This document shows positions 30,466 to 40,851 of a stretch of 64,000 bases of DNA, piece by piece. Under the pieces are notes generated by a model, which was not told where the DNA came from, did not search any database, and saw only the letters and a list, made by a program, of their open reading frames with translations. The stretch spans positions 32,001 through 96,000 of the forward strand of contig CAVPLT010000002.1 in the NCBI GenBank assembly GCA_963706325.1, read 5' to 3'. The stretch comes from an uncultured Nitrospiraceae bacterium (GTDB lineage Bacteria > Nitrospirota > Nitrospiria > Nitrospirales > Nitrospiraceae). Each line of letters begins with the position of its first letter. The first letter of the stretch is position 1. The position numbers and the translations under genes are program-made.

Positions 30466-32673
30466 TTATGCCGGAACTTGTCCTTTCAGCTCCCGATGCC
30501 AATGACGATGCTGCGCGATGGCCTGAATAAATCTAGCGGGCACTTTATTCGCCTGGGCGCCGCGGGCGAAGATGAGTCCGTCATCTCCGGCAAACAGCTT
30601 CACGCGATCCTGCATGACACCTTCGGCGTGACTTTCGGCTCGTTTATCGTCGGCAGGGGAGGCCGCGGCAAACAACCCAATCCCGGCATCCGTCGCAGCG
30701 ATGGTCTTACAGTGCAAATAGGCTTCCTTAATAAACAGTAAGGCCTTCGCATCTCCTTTGAGGATGTTCGCGCTCGCCTCTCCGCCCGGAACAAACACGG
30801 CGTCAAATAGGACCGAACCTGCGGTCAGGAAGCTAAAGTCGACGCTCACCTGTGCCCCACTTTCCCCCTGAAGCATTCCCAAGCGGGGAGCGACCAACTT
30901 GGCTTGGGCGCCGGCGGCCTCGAGGGCCTTTTTCATACGAGCGATGGCGACCTCATCGACGCCATCGGCGGCCAGAATCGCAATCTTTCGAGTGGCGATT
31001 CCTTCCTTCACCGTATTCGCCATGCTTAACGCGGGCGAACGCTGAAGCGATGGAATGCGTGGCTTGGGTTCGAAGCGGTCAGGTTCGGCATCCGCAGGGA
31101 CGCTTTTGTTCAGAGGACCGTCGAGGACGGGGACCGTGTCGAGGCCGAGGCCCTGAGCAACTAAGCCAGCAAGCGTGGTGTCCACCCGGGCGAGCAACCC
31201 CACCATGCGTTCCCTGATGGCGGGCGTTTCCACTTTTCCCAGCTCAAACCGGAGCGCCTGGACGATATGCGACTTCTCGTGATGCGCCTGACTGTTCCAA
31301 AACAACGCCGCCTGCGTGAAATGATCAAAGAACTTCTCGCTCCTCGCCCGCACTTTTTGACCTTGGAGATTTTCGGCGTAGCTCCGAAAGCCTCCCATAT
31401 CGGATGTGGCCTGCATTGGGCAGCCTCCGGCGAGCGAATTGGGCTGATAGCTGACCCGACCCTGATTGATCGTCTGGCGCATGTGTCCGTCCCGCTGGTT
31501 GTTGTGGACAGGCGCGATGGGACGGTTAATGGGAATTTCGTGAAAATTCGGACCGCCCAGCCGAATGAGCTGCGTGTCGGTGTAGGAGAAGAGGCGTCCT
31601 TGCAGGAGCGGATCGTTCGAAAAATCGATTCCCGACACGATGTGGCCCGGGTGGAAGGCGACCTGTTCGGTCTCAGCAAAAAAGTTGTCAGGATTTCGAT
31701 TCAGTGTCAGCTTGCCGATGCGGCGTACGGGTACCAGCTCCTCAGGAATGAGTTTGGTGGCATCAAGCAAATCGAAGTCAAACAAATGCTCATCTTGCTC
31801 TTCCACAATTTGCACGCCTAGCTCCCATTGAGGAAACTCTCCTCGCTCGATCGACTCCCACAAGTCGCGCCGGTGAAAGTCCGGGTCGATCCCAGAGATC
31901 TTTTGAGCCTCGTCCCAGACGACCGAATGCACCCCAAGGAGAGGTTTCCAATGAAATTTTACGAACCGAGATTGGCCCTTCTCATTGATGAGCCGAAATG
32001 TATGAACTCCGAATCCTTCCATCATGCGATAGCTGCGAGGGATTGCGCGGTCGGACATCACCCAGAGCACCATGTGCATGGACTCCGGCATGAGGGAGAT
32101 GAAATCCCAAAAGGTGTCGTGCGCTGAGGAGGCCTGCGGCATTTCGTGATGGGGCTCAGGCTTAATCGCGTGCACGAGATCGGGAAATTTCACTCCGTCT
32201 TGAATAAAGAAGACCGGAATATTGTTCCCCACGAGATCAAATACTCCTTCGTCCGTATAGAATTTGACGGCGAAGCCGCGAACGTCTCGCGCCAGGTCCG
32301 CGGAACCTCGCGAGCCCACGACGGTGGAAAACCGCACGAAGACGGGGGTCTCAGCAGCAGGGTCTTGCAGAAACCGCGCCTTGGTCAGTGGGGCGAGGGA
32401 TTCGTAGACTTGGAACACCCCATGCGCGCCGGCCCCTCGCGCATGAACCACCCGTTCGGGAATCCGCTCATGGTCAAAATGCGTAATTTTCTCCCGGAGG
32501 TGAAAATCCTCCAGCAGCGATGGCCCCCGCTCGCCCGCTTTGAGCGAATTTTGGTCATCGTTAATGCGCAATCCTTGGTTTGTGGTGAGGAGTTCATCTG
32601 CCGAGCTTTCGCGATTTGTGCCCATGTCAGCGATCTTTTTTGTCTCGCGCTTTTCTTTTTTTCGTTTTGCCAT
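30466..32673 (-). CDS. katE: Large-subunit catalase HPII (cytoplasmic)
   Basis: '[15 protein letters not shown]', 'RLFSYTDTQ', C-terminal DJ-1-like domain. Confidence 0.96.
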   Translation of the reverse strand: MAKRKKEKRETKKIADMGTNRESSADELLTTNQGLRINDDQNSLKAGERGPSLLEDFHLREKITHFDHERIPERVVHARGAGAHGVFQVYESLAPLTKARFLQDPAAETPVFVRFSTVVGSRGSADLARDVRGFAVKFYTDEGVFDLVGNNIPVFFIQDGVKFPDLVHAIKPEPHHEMPQASSAHDTFWDFISLMPESMHMVLWVMSDRAIPRSYRMMEGFGVHTFRLINEKGQSRFVKFHWKPLLGVHSVVWDEAQKISGIDPDFHRRDLWESIERGEFPQWELGVQIVEEQDEHLFDFDLLDATKLIPEELVPVRRIGKLTLNRNPDNFFAETEQVAFHPGHIVSGIDFSNDPLLQGRLFSYTDTQLIRLGGPNFHEIPINRPIAPVHNNQRDGHMRQTINQGRVSYQPNSLAGGCPMQATSDMGGFRSYAENLQGQKVRARSEKFFDHFTQAALFWNSQAHHEKSHIVQALRFELGKVETPAIRERMVGLLARVDTTLAGLVAQGLGLDTVPVLDGPLNKSVPADAEPDRFEPKPRIPSLQRSPALSMANTVKEGIATRKIAILAADGVDEVAIARMKKALEAAGAQAKLVAPRLGMLQGESGAQVSVDFSFLTAGSVLFDAVFVPGGEASANILKGDAKALLFIKEAYLHCKTIAATDAGIGLFAAASPADDKRAESHAEGVMQDRVKLFAGDDGLIFARGAQANKVPARFIQAIAQHRHWHRELKGQVPA

Positions 32674-32825
32674 CTCTCTCCTTAGCATGGAAGGTCCTGT
32701 TGGCTTCGAAACAACTCCGGCCTGCCGGGGTTCATTGTATGTAGGTGGTGAGTTAATGCGCTCCGGGAACGGTCCTTCGACCCTGGATGATGACCATGGG
32801 TGTCACCTTCTAGGACCTGTCAGTC

Positions 32826-33233
32826 TTACGTCTTCGGTGAGAGCACTTGGGCCTTGATCCATTGAACGTCCTCTTTGATCGTGCGAAGCGTGCGGAATGG
32901 CCAGAGCCGCAGACTCGCGCCCACCTTGATCAACAGATAGGCGAACAGGCCGGCGCTCGCCGCGGCGAGGATAGCCACGATGCCATAACTCGCCCACAGC
33001 GAGAGGCCGAGAAGGCTGTGGAGGAGATACACCAACGTGAGACACAGGAGAACGACGGCTAGGAGGCTGAGAACGAGGGCGACCGCGGCTTGGATGGCGG
33101 CCTTCGCGAGTTTAGACAGCTCGAGCTGCATTTCGTGTTTTGCCAGTTGAAACTCTTGCGCCACAAGGCGCCGGAGATCGTCGAGCAGGCTGTTCGCCAA
33201 TGCCACGACAGTAGGGCGAGTTGGCTCTTTCAT
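32826..33233 (-). CDS. Phage-holin-family (DUF1469-like) stress membrane protein
   Basis: 'DDLRRLVAQEFQLAKHEM', two TM segments, 'P.RT..TIKEDVQW'. Confidence 0.8.
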   Translation of the reverse strand: MKEPTRPTVVALANSLLDDLRRLVAQEFQLAKHEMQLELSKLAKAAIQAAVALVLSLLAVVLLCLTLVYLLHSLLGLSLWASYGIVAILAAASAGLFAYLLIKVGASLRLWPFRTLRTIKEDVQWIKAQVLSPKT

Positions 33234-33255
33234 GAAGACTCCTTTTGCTTGCGAG

Positions 33256-33600
33256 TTAATCGCGATGAAGGCGAGTCCACAGGTAGCCGCAGCCCAGCCC
33301 GATAAAGAGTGTCTGCATGGGATACCGCCTGGCGATTGCGACGACATCGTCGATCATCGCCCCGAAGCCTTGCTCCTGCAGCTGAGTCGCCGCTTGATTG
33401 ATCCCACTCGTCAGCCTGTCTGCCACCTGACCGGCCATACCATCGTCAGGGAGGTGGGATCGGAGGTGCTCAGCGGCGGACTTGAGGGCGTGACCCGCCT
33501 GCTTTCCGGCTGCATCCCCCGCGGCCTTTGGATCTTGCGCTGCCTCCCGCGTGGCGCTGGCTGCGGAGCCGGCGGAGGCGCCAGTGCTTCCATGTTCCAT
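33256..33600 (-). CDS. Tail-anchored small stress protein (ElaB/YqjD-like layout)
   Basis: Ala-rich helices, 'ARRYP' and C-terminal TM 'LFIGLGCGYL'. Confidence 0.7.
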   Translation of the reverse strand: MEHGSTGASAGSAASATREAAQDPKAAGDAAGKQAGHALKSAAEHLRSHLPDDGMAGQVADRLTSGINQAATQLQEQGFGAMIDDVVAIARRYPMQTLFIGLGCGYLWTRLHRD

Positions 33601-34180
33601 CTGAGACTCCCTCGTTTATCGACGGTTATAGGATGTAGGGCGCCGAATGATTGATCCAGCTTCGAACTAAGTTACGCTGGTGAAAACGGCTAAGGTACTG
33701 GGCATAGCCCTGGACGACGATTGATCGGAAGGAGCTTCGGCGTCGAGCTGGATCGCAGGTGGGAGGGCAGCCACACTTCCAACCACCATCCGCAACCTTA
33801 AACTCTTGTTCAAGAGGCCGGAAGATGTGTCTACCTTTCCCAGGGTTTTGCCCAGCGCCGACGCTGGACTACTGCAGTTATAGTTCACGAGCTAATGCGC
33901 AGTATCATCCTACCAGCGCTACTGAGCTTGATTCGATACGGCGGTGTCAGCCGAGATGCCACGGTAAGACGCAGGCATGCATTGCGGTTAATGGAGCTGA
34001 ATTGGAGTCCGCATACGGCAACGCGAAAAGGGGCGAGACAGACATCTCACATCCGCGTAGATGCCGTCGCACACTAAAGCGGTAGCAAGCAGAGAGGGTT
34101 CTGTAAGGTGAGAGGTCACGTCATATCGAGGTCTGCGAGAAGGACAGGGCGCCCACGATTCAGCGAATAAATCCGTCCAA

Positions 34181-34771
34181 ATGTCTTTAACCGACGCATC
34201 AGACTCGCCTGGCTTTTGTTCTCCTAGTCGGGAGAAGCGTTGTTTGCTCATCATTGACATGATCAATCTGTTTGACTTTCCTGAGGCGGCCCGGATGTTT
34301 CCCGCCGTTTTGCACGTCGCGGAGCATATCGCGCAACTCAAACGCCGTGCGCGGAATGCCGGGGTCCCCGCCATTTATGTGAATGATAACTTCGGTAAAT
34401 GGCAGCATGACCTGCCCACCTTGATCGAGAGTTGCTTAGACGAAGGTTGCCCAGGACGACCTGTCACCGAAGCTCTGAAGCCGGACAAAGAAGACTATTT
34501 CGTATTGAAACCGAAGCACTCCGGCTTCTTCGCCACGCCGCTCGAGCTACTCCTTAGGTTTCTTGACGTGCGCCGGCTCGTCGTGACCGGTGTGTCGGGT
34601 GACAACTGTGTATTGTATACGGCTGCGGACGCCTATATGCGAGACTTTGCCATCAGTGCGCCACGCGACTGCATTGCGTCCTTGGATTGCCAGAGCAATG
34701 AGTATGCCCTCGTTCAGATGCGAACGACGCTCAAAGCTGACTTAGCGCCCTCTTCCGAGCTGCAGTTCTGA
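34181..34771 (+). CDS. Isochorismatase-family cysteine hydrolase
   Basis: 'LLIIDMIN', 'KPKHSGFF.T', 'G.SGDNCV..TA.DAYMR'. Confidence 0.92.
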   Translation: MSLTDASDSPGFCSPSREKRCLLIIDMINLFDFPEAARMFPAVLHVAEHIAQLKRRARNAGVPAIYVNDNFGKWQHDLPTLIESCLDEGCPGRPVTEALKPDKEDYFVLKPKHSGFFATPLELLLRFLDVRRLVVTGVSGDNCVLYTAADAYMRDFAISAPRDCIASLDCQSNEYALVQMRTTLKADLAPSSELQF

Positions 34772-34824
34772 GTCTGATTGCAGCATCTTCCGCCGACGGC
34801 GCGCCTATCGGACTTGCGAGGAAC

Positions 34825-35796
34825 ATGACCATGAACGATTCACATTCTCTCTGGGACGCCATTATCGTTGGTGGCGGGCCTGCTGGATTATCCGCCGCGA
34901 TCTATCTAGGGCGGAGCCACCGTCGTACCCTTCTGGTTCATTCCGCGCACTCGATGGCCAAATGGGAAAAGGATGTCCAAAACTACTTGGGCTTTCCGGA
35001 TGGCATCGACGGGCATGAGTTGCTGACAAGGGGATTCGCCCAGGCCCGCCGGTTCAAGGTCGAGGTGGGGGAAGATACGATGCAGTCCATACGGCCATCC
35101 GGCACTCACTTCGAACTTGTGGGGACTGCCCAACAGTACCGTGCGAAGCGTGTGCTGCTGGCTACCGGGCTCACGCATTTACCTCCTGATCTGGAAGGGG
35201 TGCGAGAGTGCTTGGGGCATAGTCTCTTTTTCTGCAAAGACTGTGACGCCTACCGCGTGCAAGGAAAGCGCATTGTCATCATTGGTCACAATGCCGAAGC
35301 AGCGGAGTACGCTTTGGCGATGTTACTGTTTACGTCCCGGGTGATGATCTGCACGAATGGAGCGCAGCCCACGTGGTCCGCTGACCATCACCGCTGGATA
35401 CAAGACGCGGTTGTCCCCGTGTTGATTCCCCGCATTGCGGCCTTGAATCACGAAAATGGCAGGATCCGATCTCTCACCTTCGAGTCGGGAGAAGACGTGT
35501 TACTCGACGCGGCTTTTACCACCCGAGGAGACGTCGTACACAGCGGCTTGGCCGCTGGCGCGGGAGCAGATTTAGATTCCGAAGGGCAGGTCGTCGTCAA
35601 TGCCTGTATGAGAACCAGCGTTCCGGGGCTGTATGCCGCGGGTTGTCTTACCCCGGCGAATTGCCAGATGATCATCGCCGCGGGGCAGGGCGCGACCGCG
35701 GGACAGGCGATTAACCGGGATTTGTTCGAGGAGAGTCTGCGGACTAACAGGCTTCCGCGTTTCGACGAGTCGGCGCGAACAGCGGCCGCATCCTAG
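34825..35796 (+). CDS. Thioredoxin-reductase-like NAD(P)/FAD oxidoreductase
   Basis: 'IVGGGPAGLSAA', 'LLATG', CKDC motif, 'TSVPGLYAAG'. Confidence 0.9.
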   Translation: MTMNDSHSLWDAIIVGGGPAGLSAAIYLGRSHRRTLLVHSAHSMAKWEKDVQNYLGFPDGIDGHELLTRGFAQARRFKVEVGEDTMQSIRPSGTHFELVGTAQQYRAKRVLLATGLTHLPPDLEGVRECLGHSLFFCKDCDAYRVQGKRIVIIGHNAEAAEYALAMLLFTSRVMICTNGAQPTWSADHHRWIQDAVVPVLIPRIAALNHENGRIRSLTFESGEDVLLDAAFTTRGDVVHSGLAAGAGADLDSEGQVVVNACMRTSVPGLYAAGCLTPANCQMIIAAGQGATAGQAINRDLFEESLRTNRLPRFDESARTAAAS

Positions 35797-36266
35797 TCCA
35801 AGGGTGGTTCTTTTCTATAATGATAAGAAAATGTCCAACGCACACAAACGGCAAGCTCATCGGGAAAAATCCAAGGCGAAACTCTCAGTCATAAAGGCGA
35901 AGCTCACACCGTCAGCCCTACTCACACCGCAGCCAACCGGCAGGCCGAGCGATTGCGGGAGCCGTTGACTGCCCACCCAGCGCTCTCAACCGACTTCGAT
36001 GGCTGGATCGAGAGCCGGAAGGGACAACTTCGCAAAAGCGAACGATAGTGAGTTGAACGGGAGTTCCGCATGAATAGGGATTTTGCCTCAGTCCAGGCTG
36101 ATCCCATATCTCAGGGTCGCAGTTGAAGGTTTCTAGTCACCCTCGCACGTCCTATTCGTGGGATACTGCTTATCGTCCGATTGTAGTCCATGGCATCGGC
36201 GTCTTTCACTCGATGCTTGGGAATGCACAGGCTCGATGCATCTCACGAACCTTTAGCAGCATCAGC

Positions 36267-37000
36267 CTAATCACCAGTTGCGGTGAGCGCTAGGTGTTGC
36301 AAGGCTTCCACATATTGTCCAGTGGCGTCCTTGCAAAGGGCAAAACACTCACAGCAGGCGGCGGTAAGCCCCTCCTGGTCGGTGATCGTAATAGAAGAGC
36401 GGCCCTTCGTGACGATACCATGCTGTTTAAGATCCTCAATCAGCCCGGCGACCGTATCCCGGTCAAGGCCGACTTGAGCCGCCAGGAACGCCACCGTAAA
36501 GGGAAACGTTTCCAACCCTGTCCGATCCCAATGCGCTTTTAACCAGCGGGCGAGCCGTTGTCGATGGGAGTGAAAGCGGTTACAGCCTACGGAAACCACA
36601 GCATGGCGAAGCAGGAGGGCATTGTACCTTCGCAAGGCGCTTTCCATATAACGCAGATGAGTCAGTTCAGACATCAGCACAGATGCCGCGAGACGCACGG
36701 CCGGCCCCCCGATTTGGACGAGCGCCATACAGACTGCATCATCGCTGCCTTGTACGATCGATGCACCACTGCAGCCTTCTGTGCCTGTGATGGTCACTTC
36801 AACGGTATGGTGTTCGTCCAGCATGTCCGTGATGCTAATGGCGGCGCGCAGCGGGAAGTACAAGTATTGGATCGGCCCTTCCCGGCTGGTCGATAATATC
36901 GCCTAACTGGACCTCCGTCAGCTCCAGGTGAGGGGACAAGAAGTTCGGCCTCCGGAGGAGGCAGCAAAGCCAGAATGCGATTTGCGGAAAAATCTTTCAT
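36267..37000 (-). pseudogene. Crp/Fnr family regulator with two frameshifts
   Basis: Rejoined: NRILALLP..E...PHLELTEVQLGDIIDQPG..PIQYLYFP; C-terminal 'CNRFH...RLARWL' and 'ACCECF'. Confidence 0.82.
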
Positions 37001-37245
37001 AAGAGTGGTCATCACGTGACCTCCAACGTCCGATCATAGCTTGGAGCAGGCGCTCGGATGCACCCTCTTCGCGCCATGTGTAAATGGTCCAAGTTACGAG
37101 CGAATGTGCCTACCTGGTAAAAATTCTGACTAGCGAAGAGGGTAGATGGCATGAGGTAGCGATTTTTACCCGCATGCTCATGGCCGTGCGTCATTATCAT
37201 GATCCCTCCTTATCCGTTCCGTTTGATTTCACGATGCCGGCAGAT

Positions 37246-38544
37246 TCAAATTTTCGCTGAAGGGATGGCAGGGAGGCTTGATGGAGCCACATCCTTTAGT
37301 GGCATTGATGCCTTCAAGGTCGTCCCTTCACCTGGACGGCTTTCCACGGTGAAGACTCCCCCCATCGCGCGCATGCGTTCTCGCATAATGAGAAGCCCAA
37401 ATCCGCCGGCCGCCGTGGCGCGGCCGCCCGTATGAAATCCCTTCCCGTCATCACGGACCGTCAGCAGGAGTTCCTGTTCGGTAGCCTTTAATTCCACGAT
37501 CACAGTGTTAGCCGCAGCGTGCTTGAAAATATTGACCAATGCTTCCTGCATGACCCGGAACAAGGCCACAGATTTTTCGGGACGGCACTCAACCGGCATA
37601 CCCGGGGCGGCGAAAGTGATCCGAGTGGCGGCAAAGGTATTCAGGTCCTCGATGTATTCCTTCATGGCGATCTGCAAACCGCCGCGCTGTAAAAATCCGG
37701 AGTGTAAACGATGCGCTAGATGGTGCAGGTCTACGCCCATATGCGAGACGCGTTGTTGGATTGCGTGCAGCTTCGTCAGGCCGCGGGTGCTGAGAGGTTC
37801 TTCCCGCTCGATGGCTGAAAGGTCCCATATCAACACAGCCATTCGTTGTCTGTACTCCTCTTCTAAGTCACGCGCGATGCTTTGCCGGACGTCCTGCTCC
37901 ATCGAGAGCAGCCGCGCGCTGACCGACTGGAGCTCTTGCTGGTGTTCCATCAGTGCCCGGTCTTGTGCCTTCAGTCGTTCCTCAGCCAATTTGCGCTCTG
38001 TGATATCTGTTGCCGTCAGACGAAGGTGCTGAACACTATTTGGTGGACCAACCAAGGACACGTCGGCCAGCACAAATTTTACGCCGTCTTTGCAGCGCAA
38101 CTTCATTTCACAACTGAGTGGACCCTTCCCCTCGACGACCGTCGTCCAACATGCCATAACGGCCCGTGCATCGTCCGCGTCGAGATACTCCGATAGGCGT
38201 CGCCCGATTAAGAACCTGCGCTCCGTTCCTAACAAACGCTCAGCCGCACCATTGACGCGCTGGATGCGGAATTGCCGGTCCAATGTTATATATGGAGAGG
38301 GACTTGCTTCATAGAGGTCATAATATTGATCACGGCTTTCCTCGGCTTCTTGTCGGGACTGCCGTAGCTCCTCGTTCTGCACTTCGAGTTCGACTTGGTG
38401 AATCCGGAGCTCATGGACCAATGCCTCAACATTCTCAGAGGCTAGGCTGGGGATAGTGTTCGATATCACGTTCTTTAGCGTCTGTTCTGCTCGGTTACGT
38501 AACGCTGCCAGCTGTTCGGCTTCTGAATTTTTACTGCGTGCCAT
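37246..38544 (-). CDS. PAS-domain sensor histidine kinase (HisKA_3/NarX-UhpB type) with atypical H-box
   Basis: PAS 'DITERK', 'FRVMQEALVN..KHA', 'DDGKGF', 'GFGL..MRER'; H-box reads IARDLEEE. Confidence 0.9.
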   Translation of the reverse strand: MARSKNSEAEQLAALRNRAEQTLKNVISNTIPSLASENVEALVHELRIHQVELEVQNEELRQSRQEAEESRDQYYDLYEASPSPYITLDRQFRIQRVNGAAERLLGTERRFLIGRRLSEYLDADDARAVMACWTTVVEGKGPLSCEMKLRCKDGVKFVLADVSLVGPPNSVQHLRLTATDITERKLAEERLKAQDRALMEHQQELQSVSARLLSMEQDVRQSIARDLEEEYRQRMAVLIWDLSAIEREEPLSTRGLTKLHAIQQRVSHMGVDLHHLAHRLHSGFLQRGGLQIAMKEYIEDLNTFAATRITFAAPGMPVECRPEKSVALFRVMQEALVNIFKHAAANTVIVELKATEQELLLTVRDDGKGFHTGGRATAAGGFGLLIMRERMRAMGGVFTVESRPGEGTTLKASMPLKDVAPSSLPAIPSAKI

Positions 38545-38747
38545 CGAACCCCTCGGTAGTCTCGACCAGAGCCTGCCCTCCTAATATACGTTGCATGAAC
38601 TACTAGCCACTGGGGTATACCCTTGAGCCATCGATCCGCGGAGATTTGAGATAGTCACAAATGCCATGTGGTGGGTAGTCGAGGAATGGCACGGAAAAGT
38701 GAGCGACACTTTCCAGGGCTAAAAGGCCCTGTCGCGTCAGATCGCCT

Positions 38748-38811
38748 CTAGGTCAGGTCCTGACGATTGCGGGCTCACGGTCTTACGTACCTTCTCTAGG
38801 GTAGGTCCTAG
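38748..38811. promoter_or_regulatory. Pair of related imperfect palindromes (candidate regulator sites)
   Basis: CTAGGTCAGGTCCTGA (38748-38763) and CTAGGGTAGGTCCTAG (38796-38811) in a divergent intergenic region. Confidence 0.4.
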
Positions 38812-38987
38812 TGGTGATTTCGAGTAATTGGCCTATGATCCGCCTGGAACCTGAGGAAACGGCCAGTGCAAGGGGTTGAGTTGTTATAAAAAACCTCCGC
38901 TTCGAATGCCCATTGGTGGGACACAATGATAGACAAAGTGCTTGCATCCCTCAGTGATGGACTGAAGAACCAGAGCAGGAGGAATAC

Positions 38988-39167
38988 ATGATGTGCGCCC
39001 AATGCCAAGGCTGGATGCTGGAAGAGCGTCGAGTGGACTTTTCACCCGACACGTTTGTATGGCGATGTATCCATTGCGCATCAATTGCCGACCCTATGAA
39101 GGACCCGGTCCAAAGCTCACCGCGGGGCGGGCATATGCTGCTGGGAGTCGTCAAAGTTTTTCACTGA
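38988..39167 (+). CDS. Small zinc-ribbon protein (59 aa; not in the ORF track)
   Basis: AGGAGG RBS; MMCAQCQGWM...WRCIHCASIADP. Confidence 0.75.
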   Translation: MMCAQCQGWMLEERRVDFSPDTFVWRCIHCASIADPMKDPVQSSPRGGHMLLGVVKVFH

Positions 39168-39218
39168 TAAAAGAAAAACCGCGCTCTCTGTGACCACGAT
39201 TAATCCAGGTTCTGCTAT

Positions 39219-39632
39219 TTGCAGCGCCATGCGGCAGTTGAAGATCTGCACGTCCATCGAGTCTTTCAGCAAGCGGAGCCGACCCGGGATGAGGCACACG
39301 AGGCAATTGAAGCTCACCGCAACATCAAAATTCTTCTGGATGAACTCGCAGCCTTTCAGACGTATGATCATACCTGGGTGCCCAAATTCCAGGAGTTGCG
39401 TCGGCTGGTCGAGAGCCATGTCGCTGCCGAGGAAAACGACATGTTTCGCAAAACCGAGGCGATCATGACAGCGCAAGAAGCAGAGGAGCTGGGCGTGAAA
39501 GTTGAGACAGCCAAGCAGGCTATCAGCCGTGACGCCCCTACGACGGAAGGCGGGACCCCAGAGTATAGAAGTCGTTCCCGCAAAACGCATATACTTAAGC
39601 CGCCCAACGAAATGCTACCGAAACCTGTCTAA
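39219..39632 (+). pseudogene. Hemerythrin-domain protein lacking its N-terminus
   Basis: 'RHAAVED', 'EAH', 'HVAAEE..MF'; no credible start codon. Confidence 0.7.
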
Positions 39633-39707
39633 TCCCGACCGGGCGAATGACCCGTTCCAAGCCAAACAGGTTTCCAGCGTGTGTGGAGCAGGGAAGGTTC
39701 ACCGGCC

Positions 39708-40056
39708 ATGCCCAGAAACGTGGGGCGCCCATCTGAGCAAGTCATCATTCTGCTGCATGAAATCGGCGAGCGCCTAAAACTGCAGGGCGACAACCGCTTT
39801 CGGGCGCAGGCCTACACCAGGGCGGCGGACAGCCTGCGTGCTCTCACCAGACCTTTGACAGAGGTCATAGCTGCGGGAGAGCTGACATCAATTCCTGGTA
39901 TAGGCAGCGCCATCGCGAGTGTGGTTGAGCGGCTCTATGAAACAGGCTCGGACCCCACCCTTGAGAAGCTACGAAAAGACATACCCAACGGGGTTTTGGA
40001 AATGCTCCCCATCCCAGGCATGCGTACCAGCCAAATCCTTCGGCTCCACAGACTGA
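39708..40056 (+). pseudogene. N-terminal fragment of DNA polymerase X (HhH domains)
   Basis: 'GDNRFRAQAYTRAA', 'IPGIGSAIA', 'IPGM'; similarity stops after 'LHRL'. Confidence 0.85.
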
Positions 40057-40066
40057 TTCCATTCTT

Positions 40067-40567
40067 CAAGCCAAGAAGTGGTTCGATTTCTCCGATTGGT
40101 ATATTGATGGGATTGTTGCCAAAAAGAGTACGGATGTCTATGTGCCCGGTGAGCGGGTGATGCAGAAATACAAGCCCGTCCGTACTGCAGACTGCGTGGT
40201 AGGTGGATTTCGTTATGGCACGGATTCACAAGAAGTGGGTTCTCTTTTGCTCGGCCTGTATGATGAAGAGGGGCGTCTGCATCATGTCGGCTTTACTTCT
40301 GGCATTGCAAAGGCTGATAAACCCTCTCTCACGAAGGAACTCAAAGGCCTTGTTCGTGAGCCTGGCTTCACCGGCAAAGCGCCGGGAGCACCCAGCCGAT
40401 GGTCGACCGAGCGGTCGACTCAATGGGAGCCGCTCGCGCCCAAACTAGTCGTGGAAGTCAGTTTCGACCATGTCACTCAGGATCGCTTCCGCCATGGCAC
40501 AAAGTTAGTAAGATTCCGGCATGACAAGTCTCCGAAGCAATGTACGATGGAACAGTTACGTCGATAA
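40067..40567 (+). pseudogene. C-terminal fragment of an ATP-dependent DNA ligase (LigC-like)
   Basis: 'DGIVAK..DVYVPGER.M.KYK..RTADCVVGGFR', 'SLLLGLYD', 'RFRHG', 'R.DK'; adenylation motif I missing. Confidence 0.85.
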
Positions 40568-40851
40568 GGTAACTGAGCTTCGAAAAATTCTGAAGCTCAG
40601 CGCGTATTAGTTCTCCTTCCCCACCGAGCGACCAGCCAAGCAAGAGAGGGTCGTCCTCATCCGCCGCCGAACAGTTCTATGGCTCGTCTCATCTATCAAT
40701 GCCTGTGGTAAACCTACCAACCCGGGTCAACGGACACCATCTCTCCACGCCAACGTCCTAAGGTTCAGGGTTTTTCCCAGATGCATTGAGGCTCGTTGTG
40801 TGGTGGGATAATGTCGCCTTTAATATTTCTAAAGAATAGGAACCTAAGCCC

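Noticed and set aside
32826..33233. Prophage suggested by the holin-family gene
   Set aside because: No phage structural or lysis genes; this family is common in stress operons
35831..36050. Small basic ORF(s) after the oxidoreductase
   Set aside because: Short, possibly frameshifted, with no recognisable motif or RBS
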